From Alphaproteobacteria bacterium (GTDB lineage Bacteria > Pseudomonadota > Alphaproteobacteria > UBA6615): a DNA stretch of 64,000 bases. Location of the stretch: assembly GCA_965261975.1 (NCBI GenBank), contig CBDHEC010000036.1:9842-73841 (forward strand). The letters are read 5' to 3'. This document shows positions 1-15,374 of the stretch, piece by piece. Both the position numbers and the translations under genes were made by a program. Numbering within the stretch: position 1 is the first letter of the stretch; every line of letters begins with the position of its first letter. The notes under the pieces were generated by a model that worked only from the letters and a program-made list of their open reading frames with translations, was not told the origin of the DNA and ran no database searches.

Positions 1-239
1 TTCTGGCCGAGATCGCCCAGGTCCTGGACCAGGACTTCGTGAATCGGGAGGGTGGCGAGCGGAAACAATTCCGCCAGCGCCGGTGCGAACCCGGACGGGT
101 CGTAGACCGCGACCGCGCGGGCGTCGGCCAGACGCGCGATCATTGCCTTGGCCAGGGGCGCTACCGCGGGATGGCCGGCGGCCTTGAAGAAAGGAAAGCC
201 GCCCTTGACGTTCGAGAAGGTATCGATGTTAAGCGTCAT
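1..239 (-). CDS. Hypothetical protein, 5' part only (runs off the window edge)
   Basis: Open frame MTLNIDTFSNVKGGFPFFKAAGHP... Its ATG overlaps the TGA of the upstream oxygenase (ATGA), and codon usage is GC3-rich. Not in the ORF track because it has no stop in the window. Confidence 0.75.
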   Translation of the reverse strand, partial: MTLNIDTFSNVKGGFPFFKAAGHPAVAPLAKAMIARLADARAVAVYDPSGFAPALAELFPLATLPIHEVLVQDLGDLGQ

Positions 240-865
240 GGCGCCTGCTTGCCCGCGATTTTCTTGAAGAAGGCGGATATCGAATGGCGTATCTGCTCGC
301 GCAGCTTGTAGCGTCGGTTGATCACCCAATTCAGCTGGATGGTCCGGCGTTCGCCGTCAAAGGGCTGGTGGCCGTGCCAGGCATTGGGGATGCAGGGGAA
401 CGCCAACAGGGTTCCCTCGTCGGGTGGCACCTCGACGGCGTAATCCTCGAGATCGTCGGGGCTGCGCAGCAGACGGAGCTGTCCGCCGGAATCTTCCCAT
501 GAGGGGTTCATGTAGAGCAGCACCGTCACCAGCTTGCCGGATGAATCGGTGTGGATCTTTCCGTCCGTCGGCCGCGCGCGCCCACGCACCGTGACCATGG
601 TCGGTTTATCGGTCAGATCGAGCCCCAGTTTGTCGCCCAGCGCGGCGGCCATCTCGGGGCCCTCGAGTGCCTTCAGCAGAGCCGCGAAGCCCGGTCCATA
701 TCGAAGTTGGGTGGTCGGAAAGCTGCCCGGACGTTCGATGGATGGAAAATCCTCATGGGCCGCGCGCAGCGCGTCTTGCGAAATGAGGCCCGGCACGAGG
801 ACATGAGCAAACGGGTCATGTCCGACGGGGGCTGACCCCAAGGCTGCGAAGTCGATGACTGACAT
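236..865 (-). CDS. 2OG-Fe(II) oxygenase family protein
   Basis: HTD...H facial triad (IHTDS, AWHGH), GGQLRL and ERRTIQLNW motifs of the prolyl-4-hydroxylase-like fold. Confidence 0.85.
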   Translation of the reverse strand: MSVIDFAALGSAPVGHDPFAHVLVPGLISQDALRAAHEDFPSIERPGSFPTTQLRYGPGFAALLKALEGPEMAAALGDKLGLDLTDKPTMVTVRGRARPTDGKIHTDSSGKLVTVLLYMNPSWEDSGGQLRLLRSPDDLEDYAVEVPPDEGTLLAFPCIPNAWHGHQPFDGERRTIQLNWVINRRYKLREQIRHSISAFFKKIAGKQAP

Positions 866-906
866 ACATATTTCTTAGATCGCGACTCGCGCGAATGCAA
901 ACGATG

Positions 907-1890
907 CTAGGCCCGCTCGGATGCGGCCATACGACGCTGAATCTCGTCCACGACCTTCGTCATGTCATCCGGCGGTTCATAGCGCCATTCCTCCAGCGTG
1001 CCGGTGAAGGGCCGCGTGATGCCGCGCGCGGCCATCGCCTCGTGGAAGCGGTTGAATTTTTTCGACCCACCTTCGAGGTGGACCACGTGCACCGGCTTGC
1101 CGGTGGCGGCGGCCTCGCTGACCATGTTTACCGAGTCCCCGGTCACGATGAGCGAATCCGCGTGTGCCAGGAATCCCAGATAGGGGTTCGCGCCGGTTTC
1201 GTCCCAGATGTCGACATCCATCCCGGCGAGCGCGGCACCGATCGCGTCGAGGACAAAGGCGGGCGTGCGCCTGGATGGGGTGATCGCCAGGCCCCAGCCA
1301 TGGTCCGCCGCCAGGCTGCGCAATTGCGCCGCCAGGGCATCCCCCAGAGCCCGCGTCATTCGGTAGACCGCGTTGTCGCCCCCCAGGAGGACAGCGGCGA
1401 GCGGTCGGGGCAATGCGCCGACCCGATCGGCAAATGCCGCCCGCGCCGCCTCCAGTGCCGCGGGGTCGACGCCCTGCATCGCACCCAGCGTTGTCACCAC
1501 ATTGTCGCCGCGCAGCCGGTCATGCGCCGGTGCCACGACGAGGTCAAAGGCCCCGGTCGCAACACCGGGGTCCTGGATCTGGACGCAAAAGGTCTTGCCC
1601 GCGCTCGCGCGACGGATCGCGCGCGCCGGTGCCACGGACTTGCGGCCCGACGCGATCAGCAAGTCGGGCCATGGCGGTACAAGCGGCGTGGAACCGGCGG
1701 TGACCACATTGGTTCTCGCCGGGATCAATGTCGGTGGCAGCCATGCCCAGGGACGTCGCAAATCGACGGTTTTGGCGTCGGCTTCATGACCCAGTGCGCG
1801 GGCGAGGCCGAGGCACTGGTTCACCATGCCGATTTTGCCATCGGTGAGTATCCAGCAGGATTGCGAGTTGGACGGCACGGTCATCGACAA
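907..1890 (-). CDS. Mitochondrial fission ELM1 family protein (DUF1022)
   Basis: Motifs LTDGKIGMVNQCLGLA, PPWPDLLIASGR, SRRTP, NPYLGFLA, TGDSVNMVSEAAATGKPV. Confidence 0.9.
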   Translation of the reverse strand: MSMTVPSNSQSCWILTDGKIGMVNQCLGLARALGHEADAKTVDLRRPWAWLPPTLIPARTNVVTAGSTPLVPPWPDLLIASGRKSVAPARAIRRASAGKTFCVQIQDPGVATGAFDLVVAPAHDRLRGDNVVTTLGAMQGVDPAALEAARAAFADRVGALPRPLAAVLLGGDNAVYRMTRALGDALAAQLRSLAADHGWGLAITPSRRTPAFVLDAIGAALAGMDVDIWDETGANPYLGFLAHADSLIVTGDSVNMVSEAAATGKPVHVVHLEGGSKKFNRFHEAMAARGITRPFTGTLEEWRYEPPDDMTKVVDEIQRRMAASERA

Positions 1891-1935
1891 TGGTTATAGC
1901 GCCGGGAATTCGGCGAAAATTGAGCAAGCTTGCGT

Positions 1936-1952
1936 TTGAAATATAATTTCAA
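1936..1952. promoter_or_regulatory. AT-rich palindrome, probable transcription-factor operator in the ELM1/Lrp divergent region
   Basis: TTGAAAT-ATA-ATTTCAA, perfect 7-bp inverted arms in a GC-rich context. Confidence 0.5.
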
Positions 1953-2062
1953 TCTGCTAGCATCCGGATCGGTTTTGACGGCGACTATAAGCGGGGCGTT
2001 GGGTGATTCCCATTGCAGGTCCTGCGAAATCAAGAGCCGGGTGACCCTGGAGAGCGCACAGA

Positions 2063-2578
2063 ATGCCGGACAGTGATCGGGGGGGCGAAGACGCCCTGAA
2101 CCGCAAAGTAAAGCTTGATGCGATTGACCGGCGCATTCTCCGCAATCTTCGCGATGAAGGCCGCATCACCAATGTCGAGCTCGCGCGGCGGGCCGGTATT
2201 TCCGCTCCGCCATGCCTGCGGCGTGTCCGCGCCCTGGAGGCGGCGGGCTACATCACCGGCTATCACGCCGAACTCGAGGCCGAACAGCTCGGCTACGAGG
2301 TTGCGTTTCATGCTCTGGTGGGGCTCGACAGCCAGTCGGACGCGGTGCTGTCGGAATTCGAGAGGGTGGTCGCGGATTGGCCGGAAGTGCGTCGCTGCGA
2401 CATGATCCGCGGCGGTGGCGACTTCATGCTGCGTTTCGTGGCACGTAACACCGCCCACGAGAACGAACTCACCACCCGCCTGACCGGCGTGGCCCATGTC
2501 TCGACGGTACAGACGTTCCAGGTGATCCGGAGTTCGAAATACGCCTCCGGCGTTCCGGTAGACGATCCGGCGGAATAG
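2063..2578 (+). CDS. Lrp/AsnC family transcriptional regulator
   Basis: LDAIDRRILRNL...ITNVELARRAGISAPPCLRRVRALE HTH followed by an AsnC C-terminal domain. Confidence 0.92.
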   Translation: MPDSDRGGEDALNRKVKLDAIDRRILRNLRDEGRITNVELARRAGISAPPCLRRVRALEAAGYITGYHAELEAEQLGYEVAFHALVGLDSQSDAVLSEFERVVADWPEVRRCDMIRGGGDFMLRFVARNTAHENELTTRLTGVAHVSTVQTFQVIRSSKYASGVPVDDPAE

Positions 2579-2617
2579 CGCGGCCCGAGGGGCAGCGGTT
2601 TTCGTGCAAATTAGGGT

Positions 2618-3091
2618 CTAGCGGAAGCGGACCGACACCACTTCGAAATAGCGCACGCCGTTGGGTGTCGTGACCTCGACGCTGTCGCCCGTCTCGCGGC
2701 CGATCAGGGCCTTGCCAAGTGGCGACATGATTGAAATCTTGCGCTTCTCGATATCGGCCTCGAATTCGCCGACGAGCTGATAGGTCGCTTCCTCGTCGGT
2801 TTCTTCGTCCGCGAGTTTCACCTTTGCACCGAAGCGCACGGTTTTGCCCTTGAGCTTGGTCGTGTCGATAATCTCTGCGCGCTTGGTCGTGTCTTCGAGT
2901 TCGCCGATCCGACCCTCAACGAAACTCTGGCGTTCACGCGCGGCGTGATACTCGGCGTTCTCCGAGAGATCGCCATGTTCACGCGCGGCGGCGATGGCCT
3001 TCACAATCGCCGGGCGTTCGACGGTCTTGAGGTTTTTCAGCTCTTCTTGAAGGGCCTCGTGGCCCTCCGGAGTCATTGGGATTTTATCCAT
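2618..3091 (-). CDS. greA: Transcription elongation factor GreA
   Basis: [15 protein letters not shown] and SPLGKALIG motifs. Confidence 0.97.
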   Translation of the reverse strand: MDKIPMTPEGHEALQEELKNLKTVERPAIVKAIAAAREHGDLSENAEYHAARERQSFVEGRIGELEDTTKRAEIIDTTKLKGKTVRFGAKVKLADEETDEEATYQLVGEFEADIEKRKISIMSPLGKALIGRETGDSVEVTTPNGVRYFEVVSVRFR

Positions 3092-3216
3092 GGTCCGACC
3101 GCTGTTCGATCGCTTTCACAAACGAAAAAATTATTACGAATGAAAGACTAAAACACCCGCCTCGGGCCGCACCAGCCATTTTGGCATGACGCGGACATCC
3201 AGCGGGCCTAAGCCGT

Positions 3217-6483
<3,267 letters not shown>

Positions 6484-6485
6484 GG

Positions 6486-7658
6486 TCAGGCTTGTCCGTC
6501 AATCATCGTGACGAACCGCTCGAACAGGTAGTGGCTGTCATGGGGGCCCGGTGAGGCCTCGGGGTGGTACTGCACCGAGAAGATCGGCGCGTCTTTCACG
6601 CGGATACCTTCGAGCGTGCCGTCAAACAAAGACTGGTGGCTCATCTCGACATTCGCGGGCAGGGAATCCTTGATCACCACGAAGCCATGGTTCTGGCTGG
6701 TGATCTCCACCTTGCCGGTTGCCAGGTCCTTGACCGGGTGGTTTGCGCCGCGATGGCCGTGATGCATCTTCTGTGTCTTCGCGCCCAATGCCAGGCAGAG
6801 CATCTGGTGGCCCAGGCATATCCCGAATGTCGGCACACCGGCATCGACGACCGCCTTGATCGTCGGCACGGCATATTCGCCGGTCGCGGCCGGGTCGCCC
6901 GGCCCGTTGGACAGGAACACCCCGTCGGGCTTGTGGCGCAGTATATCGTCGGCACTCGCACTCGCCGGCACGACGGTGACCTTGCAGCCCAGCCCGGCCA
7001 GCGAGCGCAGGATATTGCGCTTGGCGCCGAAATCGACCGCGACGACGTGGCGGGTGGGCTCTGTCATCTCGCCATGGCCGCCGCCGAGCACCCAGGGGGT
7101 CTCGGTCCACGCATAGGTCTGGGTGCAGGAGACCTCCTTGGCGAGGTCCGCGCCTTCGAGGCCGGGCCAGTCGCTGGCGGCCGCGCGCAGGGTGGCCGCG
7201 TTGATCGGCGTGTCGGGTTGGTGGGCGATGGCGCCGTTGGGGGCGCCCGCATCGCGGATATGCCGGGTCAGGCGCCGCGTGTCGACGCCGGCGAGGCCGA
7301 CCATGTCGTTCGACTTGAGCCAGGCATCCAGATGCTCGACCGCGCGCCAGTTGGACGGGTCGGTGATATTGGCGCGCAGGATGCACCCGCGTGCCGCCGG
7401 CGTGGTCGTCTCGATGTCTTCCGGGTTCGCGCCGACATTGCCGATATGGGGAAAGGTGAAGGTGATGATCTGCCCGGCATAGGACGGGTCGGTCAGGATT
7501 TCCTGATATCCGGTCAGCGATGTGTTGAAGCAAACCTCGGCGACGGCGACGCCGGTGGCGCCGATTCCGCGGCCCCAGAAAATCGACCCGTCGGGCAGGA
7601 CCAATGCCCCGGTCGCCCATGCAGGCTGGCTCCGGTCTTGTGGCGCGTCAACGGCCAT
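6486..7658 (-). CDS. carA: Carbamoyl-phosphate synthase small subunit
   Basis: [40 protein letters not shown]. Start placed at ATG 7658 after a GAGGA RBS. Confidence 0.97.
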   Translation of the reverse strand: MAVDAPQDRSQPAWATGALVLPDGSIFWGRGIGATGVAVAEVCFNTSLTGYQEILTDPSYAGQIITFTFPHIGNVGANPEDIETTTPAARGCILRANITDPSNWRAVEHLDAWLKSNDMVGLAGVDTRRLTRHIRDAGAPNGAIAHQPDTPINAATLRAAASDWPGLEGADLAKEVSCTQTYAWTETPWVLGGGHGEMTEPTRHVVAVDFGAKRNILRSLAGLGCKVTVVPASASADDILRHKPDGVFLSNGPGDPAATGEYAVPTIKAVVDAGVPTFGICLGHQMLCLALGAKTQKMHHGHRGANHPVKDLATGKVEITSQNHGFVVIKDSLPANVEMSHQSLFDGTLEGIRVKDAPIFSVQYHPEASPGPHDSHYLFERFVTMIDGQA

Positions 7659-7920
7659 GTCTTCAGTTCCTCGGGGTGGCGGGAACGCAATCGCGCGACC
7701 GCCGGGGCAAATGTGTTCCTGAGCCGATCGCTGCGCGACCGGAAGCACCCGTGTGGGGCGCAAATTGCCGCGTTGTTTACGGCACCCCGCGGGAGTCGTC
7801 AAGCATGCGTGAGAAAGAAAAAAACGTTAATAAACAATATGTTACGACCATCCCGATCTGATTGCGTTCCCAGCGCAAATCCTTTACCGTCTGCCGCTTC
7901 TGGAAAAGGCCCAAAAATTC

Positions 7921-8379
7921 ATGTTTCGCGATCAACTTCCCGACGCGCTGCGCGCGGCGTTGAAAGACAAAGACCAGCGTGCGGTCTCGACGCTGCGCCT
8001 CATCATGGCCGCGTTGAAGGACCGAGACATCGCGGCCCGCAGCAAGGGGAATGACGAGGGGATCGACGAAGACGAGATCCTTCAAATGCTCCAGACCATG
8101 GTCAAGCAGCGCCGTGAATCCATCGCCATGTACGAAAAGGGCGGACGCCTGGAACTGGCGCAACAGGAAACCGACGAGATCGAGATCATCGAACGCTATC
8201 TGCCCGCTCAGCTGGGCGATGATGCGATCGAGGCCGCCGTCGACAAGGTCATCGCCGATGTTGGCGCGGGCGGGCTCAAGGATATGGGCGCCGTCATGGG
8301 CGCCTTGCGCGAGGGCTATGCCGGCCAAATGGATTTCGGCAAGGCCAGCGCCATCGTCAAAACGCGCCTCGGCGCCTGA
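7921..8379 (+). CDS. GatB/YqeY domain-containing protein
   Basis: KQRRESIAMYEKGGRLELA...YLPAQL...KDMGAVM; usual position between carA and dnaG. Confidence 0.93.
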   Translation: MFRDQLPDALRAALKDKDQRAVSTLRLIMAALKDRDIAARSKGNDEGIDEDEILQMLQTMVKQRRESIAMYEKGGRLELAQQETDEIEIIERYLPAQLGDDAIEAAVDKVIADVGAGGLKDMGAVMGALREGYAGQMDFGKASAIVKTRLGA

Positions 8380-8482
8380 CGGGGCCGACGAAACAGTCCC
8401 CGACAAAAATAATTATCCTCAGGGCCTGACTCTGAAGAGGGCGCTATTCTGTGGGCCGTTACAGTCCTGGAACAGATAGCTC

Positions 8483-10300
8483 ATGGCGTTTCCGCCGCAA
8501 TTTCTCGATGAGTTGCGCGCGCGGCTTCCGGTGTCGGAGGTCGTGGGTAAGAAAGTGCGCCTGACCCGCAAGGGGCGCGAGTTCACCGGGTTGTGCCCGT
8601 TCCATAATGAAAAGACGCCGTCCTTCACGGTGAATGACGACAAGGCCTTCTATCACTGCTTCGGCTGTGGCGTGCATGGCGACGTCATTAGCTTTGCGAT
8701 GGAGACCGACGGGCTCAGCTTTCCCGAGGCGATCGAACGCTTGGCAGCGCAGGCTGGTCTCGAGGTGCCGCAATCCTCGCCGCAAGAGCGCGAGCGCGCG
8801 AAGTTGCGCTCGACCCTCTATGACGTGGTCGAGCAGGTTTGCGGCTGGTACGAGGAACAGCTTTCGCAACCCGGCGGACGTGCGGCCTATGACTATCTGC
8901 GGGAACGCGGGTTTAGCGACGAGACGATCAGCAGGTTTCGATTGGGCTTTGCGCCCGATGGGCGTGGCAGGCTCTTGCAGGCAATGGAGGCGCGCGGCGT
9001 GCGCCAGGACCAGTTGGTCGAGGCCGGGCTGATCAAGCTGCCGGAAGGCGGCGGCAATCCCCGCGACTATTTCTTCAATCGGGTGATATTCCCCATCAAC
9101 GACAGCCGGGGCCGGGTGATTGCGTTCGGCGGACGTATTCTCGGTGACGGTCAGCCGAAATATCTCAACTCGCCCGAGACGCCGCTCTTTCACAAGGGCC
9201 GCAGCCTCTACAATTTCACCATGGCGCGGGAGGCGTCGCGTGAGGCGGGCACGGTGATCGTTGCCGAGGGCTACACCGATGTGATTGCGCTTGCCCAGGC
9301 GGGGCTGCCCAACGCGGTCGCGCCGTTGGGGACGGCTCTGACCGAGGACCAGATGCGCCTGCTGTGGCGCGTCGCGGATGAACCGGTTCTGTGTTTCGAC
9401 GGGGACAATGCCGGCGCGCGCGCGGCGCTGCGGGCGGCCGAGCGCGCCTTGCCATTGCTCCAGCCGGGCAAGACCTTGCGGTTTATGGCCCTGCCGTCCG
9501 GCGAGGACCCGGATACGTTGATCCGGGCGCGCGGCGCCGAGGGGTTCCGCAGCCTGCTCGGGGGCGCCCATCAGATGGTGGATGTCATCTGGAAGGCAGA
9601 GGTCGGTGCGGCCAAACATGACACGCCGGAACGAAAAGCCGATCTGGACCGAAGGATTAATGTGCGATTGGCACAGATCGAGGACCCGGGGGTCAAACAT
9701 CACTATCAGGAGACCCTGCGTCAGCGCTTGCGAGACCTGTTCGCGCCTGCACGGCGCTCGAATGCCGGAAACCTGCGCAGCGGCGGGCGTTTCGACGCCC
9801 CGCGGCGACCCGAAATCGCGCCGGGACTGCGCGCGCGCGGCGATATCGGGGCGATGAAGGCCCAGCAGGAGCGAATGCTGGTCGCAACACTGGTCAATCA
9901 CCCTGACCTTTTGCACGACTCCCATGAGCAGCTGAACGAAATTTCCCTGAAAAACAAGGAACTTGACACCCTGCTCCGGGTGATTTTAAACCTCGCTGTC
10001 ACGAAGCCGGTGCTTGACTCCAAGGACCTGCAACGCCATTTGACCGATAGTGGCCATGAAGCGTCACTCGGTCAGGTATTGCATTCGCAAGTGTATCGTC
10101 AGGCGTCCTTCGCGGCGCCCGATGCGACCATTGCGGATGCGCGTGCTGCGCTTGAAGAGATTCTCGCGCGGTACGGACGGGAACGGCTGGTCGCCGATCG
10201 GGTGGCCGCGAAAGAGGAGCTTGCGGACGACAACAACGAGACGAAGAGCAAAAAACTTCTCGAGTTGGTCCGCGAAGAATCCGGCGCGGGCGGTCTGTAG
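8483..10300 (+). CDS. dnaG: DNA primase
   Basis: CHC2 zinc finger ([11 protein letters not shown]...HCFGC), [14 protein letters not shown] motifs EGYTD and DGD. Confidence 0.98.
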   Translation: MAFPPQFLDELRARLPVSEVVGKKVRLTRKGREFTGLCPFHNEKTPSFTVNDDKAFYHCFGCGVHGDVISFAMETDGLSFPEAIERLAAQAGLEVPQSSPQERERAKLRSTLYDVVEQVCGWYEEQLSQPGGRAAYDYLRERGFSDETISRFRLGFAPDGRGRLLQAMEARGVRQDQLVEAGLIKLPEGGGNPRDYFFNRVIFPINDSRGRVIAFGGRILGDGQPKYLNSPETPLFHKGRSLYNFTMAREASREAGTVIVAEGYTDVIALAQAGLPNAVAPLGTALTEDQMRLLWRVADEPVLCFDGDNAGARAALRAAERALPLLQPGKTLRFMALPSGEDPDTLIRARGAEGFRSLLGGAHQMVDVIWKAEVGAAKHDTPERKADLDRRINVRLAQIEDPGVKHHYQETLRQRLRDLFAPARRSNAGNLRSGGRFDAPRRPEIAPGLRARGDIGAMKAQQERMLVATLVNHPDLLHDSHEQLNEISLKNKELDTLLRVILNLAVTKPVLDSKDLQRHLTDSGHEASLGQVLHSQVYRQASFAAPDATIADARAALEEILARYGRERLVADRVAAKEELADDNNETKSKKLLELVREESGAGGL

Positions 10301-10359
10301 GAATAATTTGGCAAGTGCGCGATAGCGCGGCAAGATCCGCCGCCGCTGCGAGGGAAAAT

Positions 10360-12396
<2,037 letters not shown>

Positions 12397-12421
12397 GTCG
12401 TTTGCTGTATTGAACGAATAG

Positions 12422-12450
12422 AAAAGGCCGGCGATATCGCCGGCCTTTTT
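12422..12450. terminator. Bidirectional rho-independent terminator between rpoD and the TetR gene
   Basis: AAAAGGCCGGCGATATCGCCGGCCTTTTT, a perfect palindrome with A and T tails between convergent genes. Confidence 0.9.
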
Positions 12451-12471
12451 CGTTGCGCGATTGCCGGTCCG

Positions 12472-13086
12472 TCATCCGCCGGCGAACAGCAGCTCCATGA
12501 AATCCCTGTAGAGGCCGACCTGGGCGGCGACCAGTTTCGGTTCCTTCAGGGTCTTCGACATGATGAAGGCGCCCTCGATGGTGCCGGTGAACATGTCCGC
12601 GAGATCGGCGGTGTTGACGGGCAACTTCGGCGGATGGGTTTCCGCGACCTTGTCGATCATCGTGCCCAGCGTGAGCCGCCAGTCGCGATAGGTGTCGTCG
12701 ATCACCTGCATCGTGCGGTCGTCGAAGAGGTTTGCCTCATAGAGATATGACGCGAACAGGCAGCCGGGATAGGGTTCGTCGAAACCCTCCATCATCTCTT
12801 CGTAGAGCCCGATGAAAATCAGGAGTTGCTGCAGCGGGTCGCGGGCGAGCTTCTGGGCTCGGGCTCGGAATTCCTCGCGCAGTTCGAGATCCGCCTTCGC
12901 GAAACGCTCGACCAGGGTGTAGGCGAGGGCGGCCTTGTTGTCGAAATGATAGAAGAACGCGCCCTTGGTGACCCCGACCGCGTCGATCAGCTTGTCGATC
13001 GAGGTGGCGGAATAACCCTGGTCCAGGATCAGGGCCTCGGCGGTGTCGAGGATCTTGTCGCGTGTGATGTTGCCGTCGCGGGGCAT
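12472..13086 (-). CDS. TetR/AcrR family transcriptional regulator (NemR-like)
   Basis: N-terminal HTH GYSATSIDKLIDAVGVTKGAFFYHF; C-terminal GCLF motif. Confidence 0.9.
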   Translation of the reverse strand: MPRDGNITRDKILDTAEALILDQGYSATSIDKLIDAVGVTKGAFFYHFDNKAALAYTLVERFAKADLELREEFRARAQKLARDPLQQLLIFIGLYEEMMEGFDEPYPGCLFASYLYEANLFDDRTMQVIDDTYRDWRLTLGTMIDKVAETHPPKLPVNTADLADMFTGTIEGAFIMSKTLKEPKLVAAQVGLYRDFMELLFAGG

Positions 13087-13231
13087 CGCTTCCTGCCGGT
13101 TCGAATTAACAACATCTAATATATACTATGTGGTTTGTTACGTGCAAGCCTGAATGAATCATTTCAGATCTCATTGTGCCCGGAAGTCCGGATAATCATA
13201 CGCCTTTCGTATGATACGCGTGATTGTGGCG

Positions 13232-13280
13232 TTGACTCTGTGGGCATCTATCCGTTTTAAACATACCAACTGGTCAGTAT
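13232..13280 (+). promoter_or_regulatory. Putative sigma-70 promoter and TetR-type operator for the methyltransferase gene
   Basis: TTGACT-N17-TTTTAA followed by ATACCAACTGGTCAGTAT (ACC-N4-GGT core). A related site lies near 13123-13138 close to the TetR start. Confidence 0.45.
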
Positions 13281-13318
13281 AGAAATAACTGACCTCAACA
13301 CGAAACGGAGTTCGAAGA

Positions 13319-14440
13319 ATGTCTGCTGCTGAAATTCACGATATCGACGGGGCTACATCGGTCCAAGGAAGCTTCTCTGAAACCCGCGCCGAGGCGTTCG
13401 AGGAACGCTTCGTCGGCATGCTCAATGGCGCGGCGGCCGCCCTGATGGTCTCCATCGGCCACCGCACGGGCCTGTTCGATGCCCTCGAGGACGGGGCCTG
13501 GCTGTCGAGCGCCGAGCTTGCGGCGCGCGCCGATTTGAACGAACGCTATGTGCGTGAATGGCTCGGCGCGATGGTGACGAGCGAGATCGTTGAATGCGAC
13601 GGCATGAACGGGACCTTTCGCCTGCCGGCCGAGCATGCGGCCTGCCTGAACCGGGCCGCGACCCCGAACAATCTCGCCGTGTTTGCACAATACATTCCCG
13701 AGTTGGGCAGCGTGGAGGGGGACATCGTGCGCTGTTTCCGCGAAGGTGGCGGGGTTCCCTATGATCGGTTCGGACGGTTCCACGAGATCATGGCCGAGGA
13801 TAGCGGCCAGTCGGTCCTGCCGGCGCTTGAAGAACACATCCTGCCGCTGGTTCGCGGGCTGCAGGACCGGTTGGTGGCCGGCATCCGGGTGCTCGACCTG
13901 GGCTGCGGGCGCGGGTTGGCGTTGCTGGATATGGCGGCGCGATACCCCGCCAGCCAGTTCACCGGCTATGACCTGTCGGCCGAGGCATTGGCCTGGGCAA
14001 CCGCAGAAGCCGAGGAACGCGGCCTGGTGAATGTCAGGTTTGAGATGCGTGATCTGGCGACGTTTGACGTCGAGGCCGAACCGGATGCTTTCGATTTCGT
14101 GACCACCTTCGATGCGGTCCACGACCAGGGCAACCCCCGTGCGATGGTGCGCGGCATCCGCAAGACCCTCGCGGAAGACGGCGTCTATCTGGCCCAGGAC
14201 ATCAACGGATGGAGCCATGTGCACGAGAATACCGATCACCCGATCGGCACCTTGCTCTACACGATCTCCTGCATGCATTGCATGACGGTGTCGCTGGCCC
14301 AGGAGGGCGGCGAGGGGCTGGGTGCCATGTGGGGACGCCAGCAGGCGGTTGAAATCTTCACCGAGGCGGGCTTCGGCTCGGTCGAGGTGAACGAACTCTC
14401 CCACGATGTGCAGAATTGCTACTACGTGTGCCGCTTTTAG
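13319..14440 (+). CDS. Class I SAM-dependent methyltransferase with N-terminal winged helix (Rv2258c-like)
   Basis: SIGHRTGLFD...ERYVREWL, VLDLGCGRG, FDAVHD, SCMHCMTVSLAQ. Confidence 0.9.
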   Translation: MSAAEIHDIDGATSVQGSFSETRAEAFEERFVGMLNGAAAALMVSIGHRTGLFDALEDGAWLSSAELAARADLNERYVREWLGAMVTSEIVECDGMNGTFRLPAEHAACLNRAATPNNLAVFAQYIPELGSVEGDIVRCFREGGGVPYDRFGRFHEIMAEDSGQSVLPALEEHILPLVRGLQDRLVAGIRVLDLGCGRGLALLDMAARYPASQFTGYDLSAEALAWATAEAEERGLVNVRFEMRDLATFDVEAEPDAFDFVTTFDAVHDQGNPRAMVRGIRKTLAEDGVYLAQDINGWSHVHENTDHPIGTLLYTISCMHCMTVSLAQEGGEGLGAMWGRQQAVEIFTEAGFGSVEVNELSHDVQNCYYVCRF

Positions 14441-14552
14441 ATCTTGTGGCACCGTGCGCCGTTGCGGCGGCGGCCCCCCGGTTGGGGCCCGCCGTCGCCA
14501 CTCTTCAAGGAGTGATGGCCTGTGCTATAGGAGTTCCGCATCACGCATGCGT

Positions 14553-14629
14553 GGGCCCGTAGTTCAGCTGGTTAGAACGGACCGCTCATAACGGTTATGT
14601 CGCAGGTTCGAATCCTGCCGGGCCTACCA
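14553..14629 (+). tRNA. tRNA with CAT anticodon, most likely tRNA-Ile2 (lysidine-modified)
   Basis: 77-nt cloverleaf: acceptor GGGCCCG/CGGGCCT-ACCA, anticodon arm ACCG-CTCATAA-CGGT, GGTTCGAATCC T-loop. It lacks the initiator C1:A72 mismatch and the GGG/CCC anticodon stem, and lies near rpoD as ileX does. Confidence 0.93.
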
Positions 14630-14803
14630 TTTTTTCAATGACTTGGCTGGCCGCTGCATTCTGAAATCCCACCTCAAGTGCATCGTAAGTGCAGATGGAG
14701 CGGAAATTGTCGCTCTGATTTCCGCATTTCGAATCTGGTTACATCCCGGATACTGCTTGAGCGTGCAGCTTTCGCGAAGTCAAAAGACAGGCGGATTTCG
14801 ACC

Positions 14804-15370
14804 GTGGCGAACTTGAAGGATTGGGTGACCACTTCCAGCGTGCCCGTGTTCGACGGGGCACCCTGGGTCAGTGTTGCATCGGAAAATGTCCAGTTGCCCG
14901 ACGGGCAGACCGTCGACGGCTTCTATCGAGTGACGATGCGTGACTTCGTGTGCATCTATCCCGTGACGGAACAGGGGTCAGTCCTGATCATCAACCAGTA
15001 CAAGCACGGACCCAAACGTGTAAGCCTGACGTTTCCTGGTGGCCATATCGAGGACGGCGAGGATCCCGTCGAGACGGCGGCGCGCGAACTGCTTGAGGAA
15101 ACGGGCTACGAAGCCGGTGCACTCGATTATCTCGGCGGCTATACGATCAGCGCCAACCAGGAGTGCGGGACCGGGCACTTCGTGCGGGCAACCGGGTGCC
15201 GAAAGGTGACCGAGCCGGATTCCGGCGATCTCGAGGAAATGGAAATCGTCGAGATGCCTCTGTCGGAGCTTTGGACGAAGGCTCGGGCGGGCGATATTGT
15301 GTTGCTGAACCAACTTGCACTTCTGACCTTTGCCACCCATCCCGAGCTTTCCTCGGGCCCAATGGACTGA
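14804..15370 (+). CDS. NUDIX hydrolase (ADP-ribose pyrophosphatase-like)
   Basis: Nudix box GGHIEDGEDPVETAARELLEETGY; GTG start chosen at 14804 (uncertain). Confidence 0.88.
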   Translation: MANLKDWVTTSSVPVFDGAPWVSVASENVQLPDGQTVDGFYRVTMRDFVCIYPVTEQGSVLIINQYKHGPKRVSLTFPGGHIEDGEDPVETAARELLEETGYEAGALDYLGGYTISANQECGTGHFVRATGCRKVTEPDSGDLEEMEIVEMPLSELWTKARAGDIVLLNQLALLTFATHPELSSGPMD

Positions 15371-15374
15371 ACAT

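Noticed and set aside
14553-14629. tRNA-fMet or elongator tRNA-Met assignment
   Set aside because: It lacks initiator hallmarks, and the GGGCCCG acceptor, CTCATAA loop and rpoD-proximal position fit Ile2 better. An isotype-specific model would confirm.
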